From Clostridia bacterium (GTDB lineage Bacteria; Bacillota; Clostridia; TANB77; CAG-508): a DNA stretch of 64,000 bases. Shown one piece after another: positions 29,044-39,963 of the stretch. Numbering within the stretch: position 1 is the first letter of the stretch; each line of letters starts with the position of its first letter. The DNA lies in NCBI GenBank assembly GCA_017936925.1, contig JAGBEP010000010.1:15105-79104 (forward strand), written 5' to 3'. The notes under the pieces are model-generated. The model was not told the DNA's origin, ran no database searches, and worked only from the letters and a program-made list of their open reading frames with translations. The position numbers were made by a program, and so were the translations under genes.

Positions 29044-30732
29044 ATGCGAAAAAAATGGGAATATAAAGATGTAGATAGTGAGAAAGTAAAAGAGATTCGA
29101 GAAAAATTTAATGTATCTAATCTATTAGCAACAGTTTTAGTAAATAGGGATATAACTGATGAAAAAGAAATTGAGGTTTTTTTAAATCCAACTAGAAATG
29201 ATTTTCATGATCCATACTTGATGCCTGATATGAAAATAGCAGTAGAAAGAATAATTAAAGCTATTAATAATCAAGAAAAAGTAATTATTTATGGAGATTA
29301 TGATGTTGATGGAATTACAAGTATAACAGTGTTAAAGAAATTTTTGAAAACTTGTGGACTTGATGCTGGATATTATATTCCAAATAGATTAAATGAAGGT
29401 TATGGACTTAATAAAGTGGCTATAGATAAAATAAAAGAAGATGGTTATACTTTAATAATTACAGTTGATTGTGGGATTTCTGGAATAGAAGAAATTGAAT
29501 ACGCTAACAGTTTAGGAATAGAAACTATTGTTACAGATCATCATGAACCTATGGAAACTTTGCCACCTGCTTTAGCTGTAGTTGATTTAAAGAGAAAAGA
29601 TAATACAACTTATCCATTTAATAGTCTAGCAGGATGTGGTGTTGTATTTAAACTTACTCAAGCTATAGGAATGGAACTAAAAATGGATGAAAAGGAATAC
29701 TTAAAATACTTAGATATTGTTTGTGTAGGAACAATTTCTGATATAGTTCCATTAGTTGATGAAAATAGAGTAATTGCTAAATTGGGATTGAAGCTTGTTG
29801 AGGTAACTAAAAATCCAGGACTTAGAGCATTACTTAAAGCAGCGGGTTACAAACAAATTAATTCAAATACAATATCTTTTGGAATTGCTCCTAGAATTAA
29901 TGCTTGTGGGCGAATGGGATATGAAGAAGAAGCATTAAAATTATTTTTAACAGAAAATATTGTTGATGCTGAAAACATAACAGAGAAACTTAATAAATAT
30001 AATAGAGATAGACAAGAAATAGAAAAAAATATTTTTGATGAAGCTATAAAAATGATTGAAAAAGACGACAATGCTTCTAATTCAATTGTTCTTGGAAGTT
30101 ATAATTGGCATCATGGCGTTATAGGTATTGTTTCTTCAAAAATTACAGAGATGTATTATAAACCATCAATTTTAGTTTGTTTTGATGGTGAAGAGGGAAA
30201 AGGTTCTGGAAGAAGTATACAAGGATTTGACTTACATGAGGCTTTAGTTAATATGTCTAAGCATTTAGAAAAATATGGTGGACATGAAATGGCTGTTGGA
30301 CTTAGTCTTCATAAAAAGAATTTTAATAGATTTAAAAATGATTTTGAAAAATATGTAACTGAAAAAGATATTAGTGATTTGGTGCCAATTTTAGAAATTG
30401 ATAAACAAATTGGTATGAAAGAAATAGAGATTGATACAGTTAAAGAATTAGATTTGCTGGAGCCATTTGGAGAATCTAATAGAAGACCTGTTTTTGTATA
30501 TAAAAATTTAAAAATTGATTCAATTAGAGCATTATCAGATGGAAAACATTTGAAAATGACGTTAAAAGATGGAAATTCTTTAATTAATGCTATTGGCTTT
30601 AATATGGGATCATTTTCTAAAGAATATATGATTGGTGATAAAGTTGATGTTGCAGGTACTTTAGAAATAAATTCATTTAATGGTAGAGACTTTGTACAGA
30701 TAAATATGAAAGATATTATGAAATCTTTTTAA
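29044..30732 (+). CDS. recJ: single-stranded-DNA-specific exonuclease RecJ (short form)
   Basis: DHH motifs (YGDYDVDGITS, DHH at TDHHEP), DHHA1 region GGHEMAVG, and a C-terminal OB-like domain. Confidence 0.85.
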   Translation: MRKKWEYKDVDSEKVKEIREKFNVSNLLATVLVNRDITDEKEIEVFLNPTRNDFHDPYLMPDMKIAVERIIKAINNQEKVIIYGDYDVDGITSITVLKKFLKTCGLDAGYYIPNRLNEGYGLNKVAIDKIKEDGYTLIITVDCGISGIEEIEYANSLGIETIVTDHHEPMETLPPALAVVDLKRKDNTTYPFNSLAGCGVVFKLTQAIGMELKMDEKEYLKYLDIVCVGTISDIVPLVDENRVIAKLGLKLVEVTKNPGLRALLKAAGYKQINSNTISFGIAPRINACGRMGYEEEALKLFLTENIVDAENITEKLNKYNRDRQEIEKNIFDEAIKMIEKDDNASNSIVLGSYNWHHGVIGIVSSKITEMYYKPSILVCFDGEEGKGSGRSIQGFDLHEALVNMSKHLEKYGGHEMAVGLSLHKKNFNRFKNDFEKYVTEKDISDLVPILEIDKQIGMKEIEIDTVKELDLLEPFGESNRRPVFVYKNLKIDSIRALSDGKHLKMTLKDGNSLINAIGFNMGSFSKEYMIGDKVDVAGTLEINSFNGRDFVQINMKDIMKSF

Positions 30733-30737
30733 AGGGG

Positions 30738-32943
30738 GTGCTTATTTTGAAAGATGATACAATTGAGAGAAATATTGATGATGTTATAAAATTGGCAAAA
30801 GAAAAAAATAGAAAAATAGATGTTAAGAAAATAACTAAAGCTTATAATTATGCTAAGGCAAAGCATCGGAGATCAAAAAAGAAAGTCAGGGGAGCCATAT
30901 ATAATTCATCCTATTCAGGTTGCATATATTTTGGCGAGTCTAGAACTTGATACTGATACTATTTGTGCTGCTTTACTTCATGATGTTGTTGAAGATACAG
31001 ATACAACGAATGAGGATTTAGTAAAAGAATTTGGTGCACCGGTTGCCGAAATGGTTGATGGTGTTACTAAACTTGGAAAACTTCAATATACTACAAAAGA
31101 GGAACAACAAGTTGAAGATTATAGAAAAATGTTCTTGGCTATGGGAAAAGATATTAGAGTTATTTTAATTAAGCTTGCTGATAGACTTCATAATATGAGA
31201 ACATTGAAATTTTTAAGTAGAGATAGACAAATAGCGAACGCTAAAGAAACAATGGATTTATATGCACCTCTTGCTAACCGTTTAGGTATTTATTCTTTGA
31301 AATGGGAATTAGAAGATTTATCTTTTAAATACTTATATCCAGATGAGTTTCATGAGATTGTTAAGGGATTAGATAAAAAAAGAGATGAACGTTTGGCTTT
31401 TATTGATAAGATTATGGAAGAACTTAGAGTAGAGCTAAAAAATGCTAAAATAACTGCAGAAGTTACTGGTAGGGCAAAACATATTTATAGTATTTATAGA
31501 AAGATGCAAAGAGACAATTCTACATTAGATCAAGTATATGACTTATTTGCACTTAGAATTTTAGTTAATTCAGTAAGAGATTGTTATGCGGTTTTAGGAA
31601 TTGTACATGATCTTTATAACCCTATGCCTGGAAGATTTAAAGATTATATTTCTGTTCCTAAAAAGAATATGTATCAATCTATACATACTACTTTGATTGG
31701 TCCTAAAGGTACTCCTTTTGAAGTACAAATTAGAACTTGGGATATGCATAGAACTGCTGAATTTGGTATTGCAGCACATTGGGCATATAAAGAGCAATCT
31801 AATAAAGGAAAGAAAAAAGCTGTTATTGTTAAAGATGATAAACTTGCTTGGCTTCGTGAAACTTTAGAATGGCAAAAGGATACTGAAAATCCAGATGAAT
31901 TTTTGAACACATTAAAAAAAGAATTATTTGAAGATGAAGTACATGTATTTACACCAAAGGGAGATATTAAAGTTTTACCTAGAGGAAGTACACCAATAGA
32001 TTTAGCTTATGCTATTCATGAACAAGTTGGTCATAGAATGATTGGAGCTAAAATTAATAGCAAAATGATGCCAATTATTACTAAGTTACAAAATGGCGAT
32101 ATTGTTGAAATTATTACGTCTGATTCAGCTAAAGGGCCAAGTCGTGACTGGTTAAAATTTGTTAAGTCTAGTGGAGCTAAAACTAGAATACAACAATGGT
32201 TTAAGAAAGCCCAAAGAGAAGAAAATATTGAAAAAGGAAAAGACATATTAGAAAAAGATATTAAAAAACTTGGAATGAAGCATAGTGATTTGTTTAAACC
32301 AGAATGGGTACAAATTGCTTTGGATAGGTATAAATACAATTCTGTAGATGATATGTATGCAAGTATAGGTTTTGGAGCAATATCTGCAACTAAAATAATT
32401 GCTAGATTATTAGAGGAATATAAAAAAGAACATAAAGAAGAAGATTTAGAAAAAACTATTTCTGAGCTTGCTACTAAGAAAACTTTAACTAAACCTTCTA
32501 AGACTGGTGTTATTGTTGAGGGAATAGATAATTGTTTAGTTAAACTTTCTAAATGTTGTAATCCTTTGCCAGGAGATTCAATAGTGGGGTATATTACTAA
32601 GGGGAGAGGAGTTTCGGTTCATAGAGCTGATTGTATAAATGTTAAAGACTTAATTTCTGAAGAAAATAGAATGATTGATGTTTATTGGGCTGATGAGGCA
32701 AAAACAAGTTATAATGTGGATATTGCAGTTTATGCTAATGATAGACAGGGACTGCTTGCTGATGTGATTAAAGAAGTTACTAGTGCAAAATTTAATATTA
32801 TGGGTGTTAATACAAAGACTACAAGAGAAAGAATAGCTATTATTGATATTACAGTTGAACTTGAAAATTTAGATGAGCTTAATAAACTGATTAAAACTCT
32901 TAGAAGAGTTGATAGTGTTTATGATGTTAAACGTAATAAGTAA
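30738..32943 (+). CDS. relA: bifunctional (p)ppGpp synthetase/hydrolase RelA/SpoT homolog, with an apparent +1 frameshift near 30866
   Basis: ORF1 ends ...KAYNYAKAKH and ORF2 supplies GDQKRKSGEPYIIHP. Together they reconstitute the conserved RSH N-terminus KAY.YA..AH.GQ.RKSGEPYI.HP if one base near CATCGGA is removed. HD, synthetase (RelA_SpoT), TGS and ACT regions follow. Confidence 0.85.
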
Positions 32944-32996
32944 AAAATTATTTATAATACTACAAAGGATAAAGAGAAGTTAGAAGGAGAATTAAG

Positions 32997-33647
32997 ATGA
33001 TTTTAAAAACTTTAAAATTAAAAATTGGAGAAAAAAATCTTGTTACAAATTGTTATATAGTTGCGGATGAGAAATCTAAAGAGGCTATTGTTATAGATCC
33101 TGGTGCTGAAGTTGAAAAAGTTATAGAAATGCTAGATATTTTGGGGGTTAATTTGAAATATATTTTTCTTACCCATTGCCATGCAGATCATATAGGTGCA
33201 GTAGATCAACTTCAAGCTGTTAAAGGTGGAAAAATTTTAATTAGTCGAGATGATAGTACTGGACTTTATGATCCATCTATTAGTTTAACTTATTATACAG
33301 AAACTCATAATCCGGAATTAGAAGCGGATTCTAGGTTAGATGATGGAGATTTGATTCATGTTGGGGATATAGAGTTTAGAGTTATTGCTACACCAGGACA
33401 TACTAAAGGAGGTCTTTGTTTATATTGTCTTCATGAAGATATGATATTTACAGGGGATACTATTTTTTCTGGAACTTGGGGAAGAACTGATCTTCCTACT
33501 GGTAGCATAGAAGATATTATGGATTCAATTGTTAATAAAGTTTTAGTTTTACCTGAAAATACTATTATTTATCCTGGACACGGTAAAAGCACAATTATTA
33601 AAGAAGAAAAACCAATTTATTTAGAACTTAGAAAAAAAGATTATTAA
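32997..33647 (+). CDS. MBL-fold metallo-hydrolase (glyoxalase II-like)
   Basis: THCHADHIG metal-binding motif, about 215 aa. Confidence 0.7.
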   Translation: MILKTLKLKIGEKNLVTNCYIVADEKSKEAIVIDPGAEVEKVIEMLDILGVNLKYIFLTHCHADHIGAVDQLQAVKGGKILISRDDSTGLYDPSISLTYYTETHNPELEADSRLDDGDLIHVGDIEFRVIATPGHTKGGLCLYCLHEDMIFTGDTIFSGTWGRTDLPTGSIEDIMDSIVNKVLVLPENTIIYPGHGKSTIIKEEKPIYLELRKKDY

Positions 33648-33660
33648 AGGAGAGATTATT

Positions 33661-34911
33661 ATGATACAAAAACCAAAAGGAACTCGTGATATATTACCTG
33701 ATGAAGTTTATAAGTGGCAATATATTGAGGGTGTTGTTAGAGATATATTAGAAAATGCTGGAATGGGAGAAATTAGAGTTCCTGTTTTTGAACATACAGA
33801 ATTATTTTCTAGAGGTGTGGGAGAAACTACTGATGTTGTTCAAAAGGAAATGTATACTTTTGAAGATAAGGGTGGTAGAAGTATTACATTAAGACCAGAA
33901 GGTACTGCTGGAGTTGTAAGAAGCTATATTGAAAATGGTATGGCAAGTCAAGCTACTCCAATTAAACTTTGGTATGAGATGCCAATGTACAGATATGAAA
34001 ATGTGCAAAAAGGAAGACTTAGAGAATTTAGACAGATTGGTACAGAAGTAATTGGAACAGAAAGTTATTTAGCAGATGTTGAAGTGATTTCATTAGGTGC
34101 AAAAATATTTGAAGCACTTAATATACCTAATATTAAGCTTAATATTAATAGTATTGGTTGTCCAGTTTGTAGACAAAAATATCAGGAAGCTTTAAGAGAT
34201 TTTATTAGACCTAATTTAGAAAAATATTGCGATACGTGTAAGACTAGATTTGAAAAAAATCCAATGAGAATTTTGGATTGTAAAGAGCAAAAGTGCAAAG
34301 AGATGAATCAAGGAGCACCAATTATTTTAGATTATTTATGTGAAGAATGTAGAGAACATTTTGAAAAAGTTAAATCTTTATTAATGAATTTGGAAATTCC
34401 ATTTGAGATTGATTCTTCTATTGTTAGAGGATTAGATTATTATACAAAAACGGTTTTTGAATTTGTTTCAGAAGATGATGGATTAACTGTTCTTGGTGGT
34501 GGAAGATATGATGGATTAATAAAAGAAATTGGTGGACAAGATACTCCAGCTGTTGGTTTTGCCATGGGAGTTGAAAGACTTTTGGAGATTTTTGAAAAAT
34601 ATAATAAAGATGTTATAGAAGATTATAATATGGATTTATATATTGCAACTATTGGTGAGGAAGCTGATTTGTTTGCAACAAGACTTGTAATGAATTTAAG
34701 AGATGAAGGCGTTTTTGTTGAAAAAGATATTTGTTCTAGAAGTTTAAAGGCTCAATTTAAATATGCTGATAAGAAAAAGGCAAGATTTGTTTTGACAATT
34801 GGTGAAGATGAGGTTAAGAAAAATTATGCTAAGCTTAAAGATATGAAAACAGGTGAAGAAGTTGAAACTAAATTAAAAGCAGAAGAAATTTTTAGTAAAT
34901 TATTTGAATAG
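33661..34911 (+). CDS. hisS: histidine--tRNA ligase
   Basis: Class II aaRS motifs (GTRD, RPEGTA, YRYE..QKGR) and a C-terminal anticodon-binding domain. Confidence 0.9.
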   Translation: MIQKPKGTRDILPDEVYKWQYIEGVVRDILENAGMGEIRVPVFEHTELFSRGVGETTDVVQKEMYTFEDKGGRSITLRPEGTAGVVRSYIENGMASQATPIKLWYEMPMYRYENVQKGRLREFRQIGTEVIGTESYLADVEVISLGAKIFEALNIPNIKLNINSIGCPVCRQKYQEALRDFIRPNLEKYCDTCKTRFEKNPMRILDCKEQKCKEMNQGAPIILDYLCEECREHFEKVKSLLMNLEIPFEIDSSIVRGLDYYTKTVFEFVSEDDGLTVLGGGRYDGLIKEIGGQDTPAVGFAMGVERLLEIFEKYNKDVIEDYNMDLYIATIGEEADLFATRLVMNLRDEGVFVEKDICSRSLKAQFKYADKKKARFVLTIGEDEVKKNYAKLKDMKTGEEVETKLKAEEIFSKLFE

Positions 34912-35076
34912 GAGAAAAAATATACTCCATTTATTATGATAATGACAAAAATGATTATAGAGAATATATGCAAGAATATTATAAAGAAAATGGTTTAGGA
35001 GACTATGTTGTATCTGCTATGCATTCAGCTGTAGTAAATAATGAAAAATAGAATTGTTATATTTTATTTATTATGG

Positions 35077-35103
35077 CATATACTTATATAAAATAAGTAT
35101 ATG
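35077..35103 (+). other. perfect hairpin CATATACTTAT-ATAAAA-TAAGTATATG abutting the spoIIP Shine-Dalgarno sequence
   Basis: 10-11 bp stem with no downstream T-run. The 3' arm ends at ...TATG-AGG of the RBS GAGG. Confidence 0.4.
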
Positions 35104-35111
35104 AGGTTGTA

Positions 35112-36218
35112 ATGATAAATTTTAGGGTTATTAGAATAGGAGATATAGTAAAAAATCTAGTAAAATTTGGAATACTTGTATTAAGTATTTTTGTAGTTAC
35201 TAGATTTTTTGTTTTTGTTTCGAGTATTAATTTTAAATCTATTATAGATAGTAAAAAAACAAAAATTTATGATAAAACTTTTTTTGAATTATTGGATGAG
35301 AATTTAGATGGTAACTATATAAGGGAAAAGAAAGATAAAGAAAATTTAATTTCAAGTGAATTTAAAAGCTTAATATTATCTTTTTCTGAAAATGATAATA
35401 TTACTACTAAAAATGTAGATGAGGTATTGGATGAGAATATAATAGATGATAGTTTGGATGAAGTTTTAGTTTCACCTAGTACAGCAATTGTAGCAGAACA
35501 TAATAAAGAAGATGTTTATAATTGTACATATTCTACAGTAAAGATTAGAAATCAGACATCGGTTAATTTGACTCAAGAAATGCTGACACCAGATGTTGAA
35601 TTTGATAAAAGTAATATTATTATTTTTCATACTCATACTAGTGAGAGTTATACTCCTACCGAAAATTATACTTATGAAGCGAGTGGTAATTTTAGAACAT
35701 TGAATACAGATTGTAGTGTTGTTGGAGTAGGGAATGAATTGACAGAGAGACTACAAAATAGGGGAATTAATGTTATTCATGATTCTACTTTTCATGATTA
35801 TCCAGAGTATAATGGAGCATATAGCAGATCACTTGAAACGGTTCAAAATATTTTATCTACTACACAAGCAGATTTAGTTATTGATTTACATAGGGATGCT
35901 ATTGCTGATAGTACTTATGGACCAAGTGTTATGATAGGAGAAGAAAAGGCTGCCCAACTTATGTTTGTTATGGGAAGTGATGAAGGAGGACTTAGCCATC
36001 CAAATTGGAATCAAAATCTTAAAATAGCTATAAAAATCCAGGAGAAAGCAAATGAGATGTATCCTGGACTTTTTAAGCCTATTTTGCTTACTAAATATAG
36101 ATATAATGAACATCTAGCTAAAGGATCGTGCATTATTGAAGTAGGGGCAACAGGAAATACTGTTGAAGAATGCTTAGTAAGTATGAAATATTTAGCTGAA
36201 GTAATTAATAATTTATGA
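35112..36218 (+). CDS. spoIIP: stage II sporulation protein P (SpoIIP family)
   Basis: N-terminal TM and the IIIFHTHTSESY motif characteristic of SpoIIP. Confidence 0.75.
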   Translation: MINFRVIRIGDIVKNLVKFGILVLSIFVVTRFFVFVSSINFKSIIDSKKTKIYDKTFFELLDENLDGNYIREKKDKENLISSEFKSLILSFSENDNITTKNVDEVLDENIIDDSLDEVLVSPSTAIVAEHNKEDVYNCTYSTVKIRNQTSVNLTQEMLTPDVEFDKSNIIIFHTHTSESYTPTENYTYEASGNFRTLNTDCSVVGVGNELTERLQNRGINVIHDSTFHDYPEYNGAYSRSLETVQNILSTTQADLVIDLHRDAIADSTYGPSVMIGEEKAAQLMFVMGSDEGGLSHPNWNQNLKIAIKIQEKANEMYPGLFKPILLTKYRYNEHLAKGSCIIEVGATGNTVEECLVSMKYLAEVINNL

Positions 36219-37533
36219 AATATGTTACTATTGCATGGCTATCCAAATTATCATGTAATAATGTATCTTTTATGCAAAGATTATATTCATGATTTTGATC
36301 TGTTTGATTGAATAAAACTATTGCTATACTGTTATCAATATTTTTGAATGCTGTAATTTGTATTTGATCTGTATAACGACTAAATCCAATGCGTATTGCA
36401 TTAGGTTTTATAAATTTACAGAAATGACCAATGTAATAATATGATAAATTCTTAATGCAAGAATTTTTGTCTTTTGATATCATAACAGGGCTGTTACAAT
36501 AATTTTTCTTGTGATTTGGTCCACCTTTATATGTAAGTACCATGTTCCAGTCTATAAATCCGTTTATTCCAGCATTTAAATCTCCTAAAATATCATGCGC
36601 ATATATTTCTGCATTTTTTACTTCATCTTCTTGGCGAAAGTGGGAGTAACCGGTGCATCCTTCTGAATGGATTAATAATTTACTTGGAAAGATTTCATTT
36701 GTTATTTTTATATTTTCAAAATGATCACCACTATACCAATGAAATGCAAAGCCACTTATTGCTTCTAAAGCTGCATTTGTAGACATTTCGGCTTGAACTC
36801 TATTGAATAATTTTTCTTTATTATGATCCCATATTAATATTTTTGTGTTTATTTTTTGTTGTTGGAAGGTTTGATATAAATAATTTACAGCAAAATCTAT
36901 TTCTTCTTCAGGAGAGTATGTGCAAGATTCCCAAATTTGAGTAGCATTGGGCTCATTTTGGACTGTTATGTAATCAATATCTATTCCTTCTTTTTTATAT
37001 TCTATTAAGTATTTTGTTATATAGTTTGCCCAAGTAGAGTAATGTTCTTTTTTTAATTTTCCACCTAAAATTCTCATGTGATTTGTTTTCATAAATTTTG
37101 GTGGACTCCAAGGGGATGCTAAAAATTTTAGATTAGGATTTATTTCTAAAGCTTTTTTTATAATTGGAATTATATATTTTTTATCATCTTCTATAGAGAA
37201 ATCTGATAGATCTTCTTTTTTAGAATAAGCATAACTACTTTTAGAAAAGTCACAACTTCCAATAGGTAATCTGCAAAGATTATATGTGAATCCATTTTTA
37301 GAAAAGTATTCACTTAGTATTTCGTTATAGGTACTTAGGTTAGTTTCTGATAAAGCGTACCCAGTAGCTTCTGTTAAAGATGCGCCAAATCCTATAAGTT
37401 TGCTATATGTTATTTGAGGATAAATGTTTATTACTTGATTTTCAATATTTTCAGAATAACTTTTTGAAGATATGTTAGTTGTACTCCAAAATAGTTTTCT
37501 TTTATAATTTGTTTCAATTTTAGTTATTTTCAT
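36205..37533 (-). CDS. glycoside hydrolase family 30 (glucosylceramidase-like)
   Basis: The GFGASLTEA N-terminal motif and overall GH30-like conservation (catalytic Glu regions NEP.., HSEG). Confidence 0.65.
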   Translation of the reverse strand: MKITKIETNYKRKLFWSTTNISSKSYSENIENQVINIYPQITYSKLIGFGASLTEATGYALSETNLSTYNEILSEYFSKNGFTYNLCRLPIGSCDFSKSSYAYSKKEDLSDFSIEDDKKYIIPIIKKALEINPNLKFLASPWSPPKFMKTNHMRILGGKLKKEHYSTWANYITKYLIEYKKEGIDIDYITVQNEPNATQIWESCTYSPEEEIDFAVNYLYQTFQQQKINTKILIWDHNKEKLFNRVQAEMSTNAALEAISGFAFHWYSGDHFENIKITNEIFPSKLLIHSEGCTGYSHFRQEDEVKNAEIYAHDILGDLNAGINGFIDWNMVLTYKGGPNHKKNYCNSPVMISKDKNSCIKNLSYYYIGHFCKFIKPNAIRIGFSRYTDQIQITAFKNIDNSIAIVLFNQTDQNHEYNLCIKDTLLHDNLDSHAIVTYFINY

Positions 37534-37679
37534 AAAAATTCCTTTCTTAAAATTTTTTTACTATTATAATATATTATTTATAAAAATACTATTTTGTTAA
37601 AATGAAATTTACATAATGTTGAAAGAATGGAAAATGTATTGTATAATAATTTTATTAATAATAGAAAGTAGGTGTTCCA

Positions 37680-38234
37680 ATGGGAAATTTACACACGAAT
37701 GGAGAGCGGATCTATAATAAGATTCCGATTCAACCATTCAAAATCAGAAAGGCATGGCCATGGCAGAAAGAGAGTGTGGATATTGTTTTATCTACTAAGA
37801 GAGATCTTTGTGATTTCTTAGCTTTAGGAATTTATTGCCTTAATCGTTCAATCACCAATCCGAATGGAGAAAAAGAGATTTGTGTTAGATTTTCTAACAG
37901 AGATTTCCGTCGGAAAAGTGGTGTAACGATGATTATCGGCAACCAGGGATATAGAGTCCCTACTAATGCGCTGGAGTGTCAAGTCATTAATAACCTGAAG
38001 GATGTTTTTGACTATGTTTTTGAGAAAAATCCATTTAATGGTATTCTGGGAATCGAAGTTTATCCAACTTTTACGGCATACGTAAACGGTGTTTTCAAAG
38101 CTGATACTAGTTATTATGATGACGTTGTTCCGAAGAGAGAGTGGAAAATTTCTGATACTGAGGAAGCTCAAGAGTTTGCCTACCGCATTGTAAAAAGAGT
38201 GTTGGACAATTCGTATCCTTTTATTTCTAATTAA
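37680..38234 (+). CDS. hypothetical 184-aa protein with anomalous composition (about 42% GC versus about 28% for neighbours); candidate horizontally acquired gene
   Basis: Abrupt GC rise exactly at the ATG. Uses CGG, CCG and CTG codons. Followed by its own stem-loop GCCACAT...ATGTGGC-TTTTCC (38250-38292). No recognisable family. Confidence 0.6.
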   Translation: MGNLHTNGERIYNKIPIQPFKIRKAWPWQKESVDIVLSTKRDLCDFLALGIYCLNRSITNPNGEKEICVRFSNRDFRRKSGVTMIIGNQGYRVPTNALECQVINNLKDVFDYVFEKNPFNGILGIEVYPTFTAYVNGVFKADTSYYDDVVPKREWKISDTEEAQEFAYRIVKRVLDNSYPFISN

Positions 38235-38330
38235 CAGCTTGGCGAGAGCCACATATTATAAGTGTAAAGCTTATGATGTGTGGCTTTTCCCTTGCCAATT
38301 AATTGTTGAGGGGATTGTTATATAAAAGAC

Positions 38331-38359
38331 TTGATAAAAAACTTTTTTACTCATATAAT
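38331..38359 (+). promoter_or_regulatory. sigma-A-like promoter TTGATA-17-TATAAT for pgi
   Basis: TTGATA at 38331-38336 and TATAAT at 38354-38359. Confidence 0.45.
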
Positions 38360-38386
38360 AAAGAAAAAAACAAGGAGGATTTGCTA

Positions 38387-39694
38387 ATGGTAAAATTTGA
38401 TTTTAAGAATTCAAGTATTAATGAAAGAATGATATATGAAATGGAAAATGTGGTTTTAGAAAACCATAAGAAATTACATGATAATCCAGATGAAGAAACT
38501 GATTTTAGAGGTTGGATTAATCTTCCAGAAAATTATGATAAAGTTGAATTTGAAAGAATAAAAAAGGCTGCAGCTAAAATACAGTCTGATTCAGATGTCT
38601 TAATTGTTATTGGTATAGGTGGTTCTTATTTAGGTGCAAGAGCGGTAATAGAATCACTTACTAATTGCTTTAATAATATGCTTCCTGCTAAAAAAAGAAA
38701 GTTACCTATGGTAGTATATGCAGGAAATAACTTAAGTCCAAATTATTTAAATGATTTGTTAAACCTAATTGGTGAAAGGGATATTTCAATTAATGTTATT
38801 TCAAAGTCTGGTACTACTACTGAACCAGCAATTGCTTTTAGAGTATTAAGAGAAGCAATTGAAACAAAGTATGGTGTGGAAGAAGCTAAGAAAAGAATTT
38901 ATGTTACTACTGATAAAAAAAGAGGAGCTTTAAAAGGTTTGGCTGATGAAGAAAATTACGAAACTTTTGTTATTCCAGATAATGTTGGTGGAAGATTTTC
39001 TGTTTTAACTGCAGTTGGACTTTTGCCAATTGCTACAGCTGGTATTAATATTGACAAATTAATGCAGGGTGCGAGAGATGCTAGAGAAAAATATATGGAT
39101 CCAAGTATAAAATTTAATGATTGTTATAAATATGCAGTAGTTAGAAATTTACTTTACAATTCAGGGAAAAAAGTAGAAGTATTAGCTAACTATGAGCCTC
39201 AATTACATTATTTTACTGAATGGTGGAAGCAACTTTATGGAGAAAGTGAAGGAAAAGATGGAAAAGGTATTTTCCCAGCTGGTGTTGATTTAACTACAGA
39301 TTTACATTCGATGGGACAATACATTCAAGATGGTGAAAGAATATTAATGGAAACTGTTTTAGCTGTTGAAGAGTCTAACTCAGATATTGTAGTTAAAGAA
39401 GATGCTGAAAACGTTGATGGATTAAATTATTTGGCTGGTAAAGGTTTAGACTATATTAATAAAAAAGCGATGGAAGGTACTATAGAAGCTCATGTTACTG
39501 GAAATGTTCCTAACTTAAAAATTTCTATAGATAAATTAGATGAAGAAAATTTAGGACATTTAATTTATTTCTTTGAAAAGGCATGTGCTATGTCAGGACT
39601 TATATTGGACGTTAATCCATTTAATCAACCTGGTGTTGAAGAGTATAAGAGAAATATGTTTAGACTTTTAGAGAAACCTGGCTATAAAAAATAA
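38387..39694 (+). CDS. pgi: glucose-6-phosphate isomerase
   Basis: [12 protein letters not shown] motif, SKSGTTTEP and Firmicute-type length. AAGGAGGA RBS before the ATG at 38387. Confidence 0.85.
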   Translation: MVKFDFKNSSINERMIYEMENVVLENHKKLHDNPDEETDFRGWINLPENYDKVEFERIKKAAAKIQSDSDVLIVIGIGGSYLGARAVIESLTNCFNNMLPAKKRKLPMVVYAGNNLSPNYLNDLLNLIGERDISINVISKSGTTTEPAIAFRVLREAIETKYGVEEAKKRIYVTTDKKRGALKGLADEENYETFVIPDNVGGRFSVLTAVGLLPIATAGINIDKLMQGARDAREKYMDPSIKFNDCYKYAVVRNLLYNSGKKVEVLANYEPQLHYFTEWWKQLYGESEGKDGKGIFPAGVDLTTDLHSMGQYIQDGERILMETVLAVEESNSDIVVKEDAENVDGLNYLAGKGLDYINKKAMEGTIEAHVTGNVPNLKISIDKLDEENLGHLIYFFEKACAMSGLILDVNPFNQPGVEEYKRNMFRLLEKPGYKK

Positions 39695-39805
39695 TGTAAA
39701 TTTTTGAAAAAGTACTTACATTTTTTTCAAAAAAGTGCTATTATTAATGAGCAGTTTGAAAAATGTAATATATTAAAATAATCAATGAGTGGCAAATATT
39801 ATTGT

Positions 39806-39848
39806 GTAAATCCAATTGTATTTATGGATTTACACATTTTTTTTATTT
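39806..39848 (+). terminator. rho-independent terminator after pgi
   Basis: GTAAATCCA-loop-TGGATTTAC followed by ACATTTTTTTTATTTT. Confidence 0.55.
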
Positions 39849-39963
39849 TATAAAAAATATAATGGTTTTAAATGTGAAGTATTAAAAATTTGTAAATATA
39901 GTAAATAAATTTGGCACTAAAATATTTTAATATATAGCTTATAAGAATTTTAAGGAGGAAAAA

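Noticed and set aside
34920-35050. Small ORFs in the hisS-spoIIP spacer (20-27 codons)
   Set aside because: No Shine-Dalgarno sequence. One frame is merely read-through of the hisS frame. Not supportable as genes.
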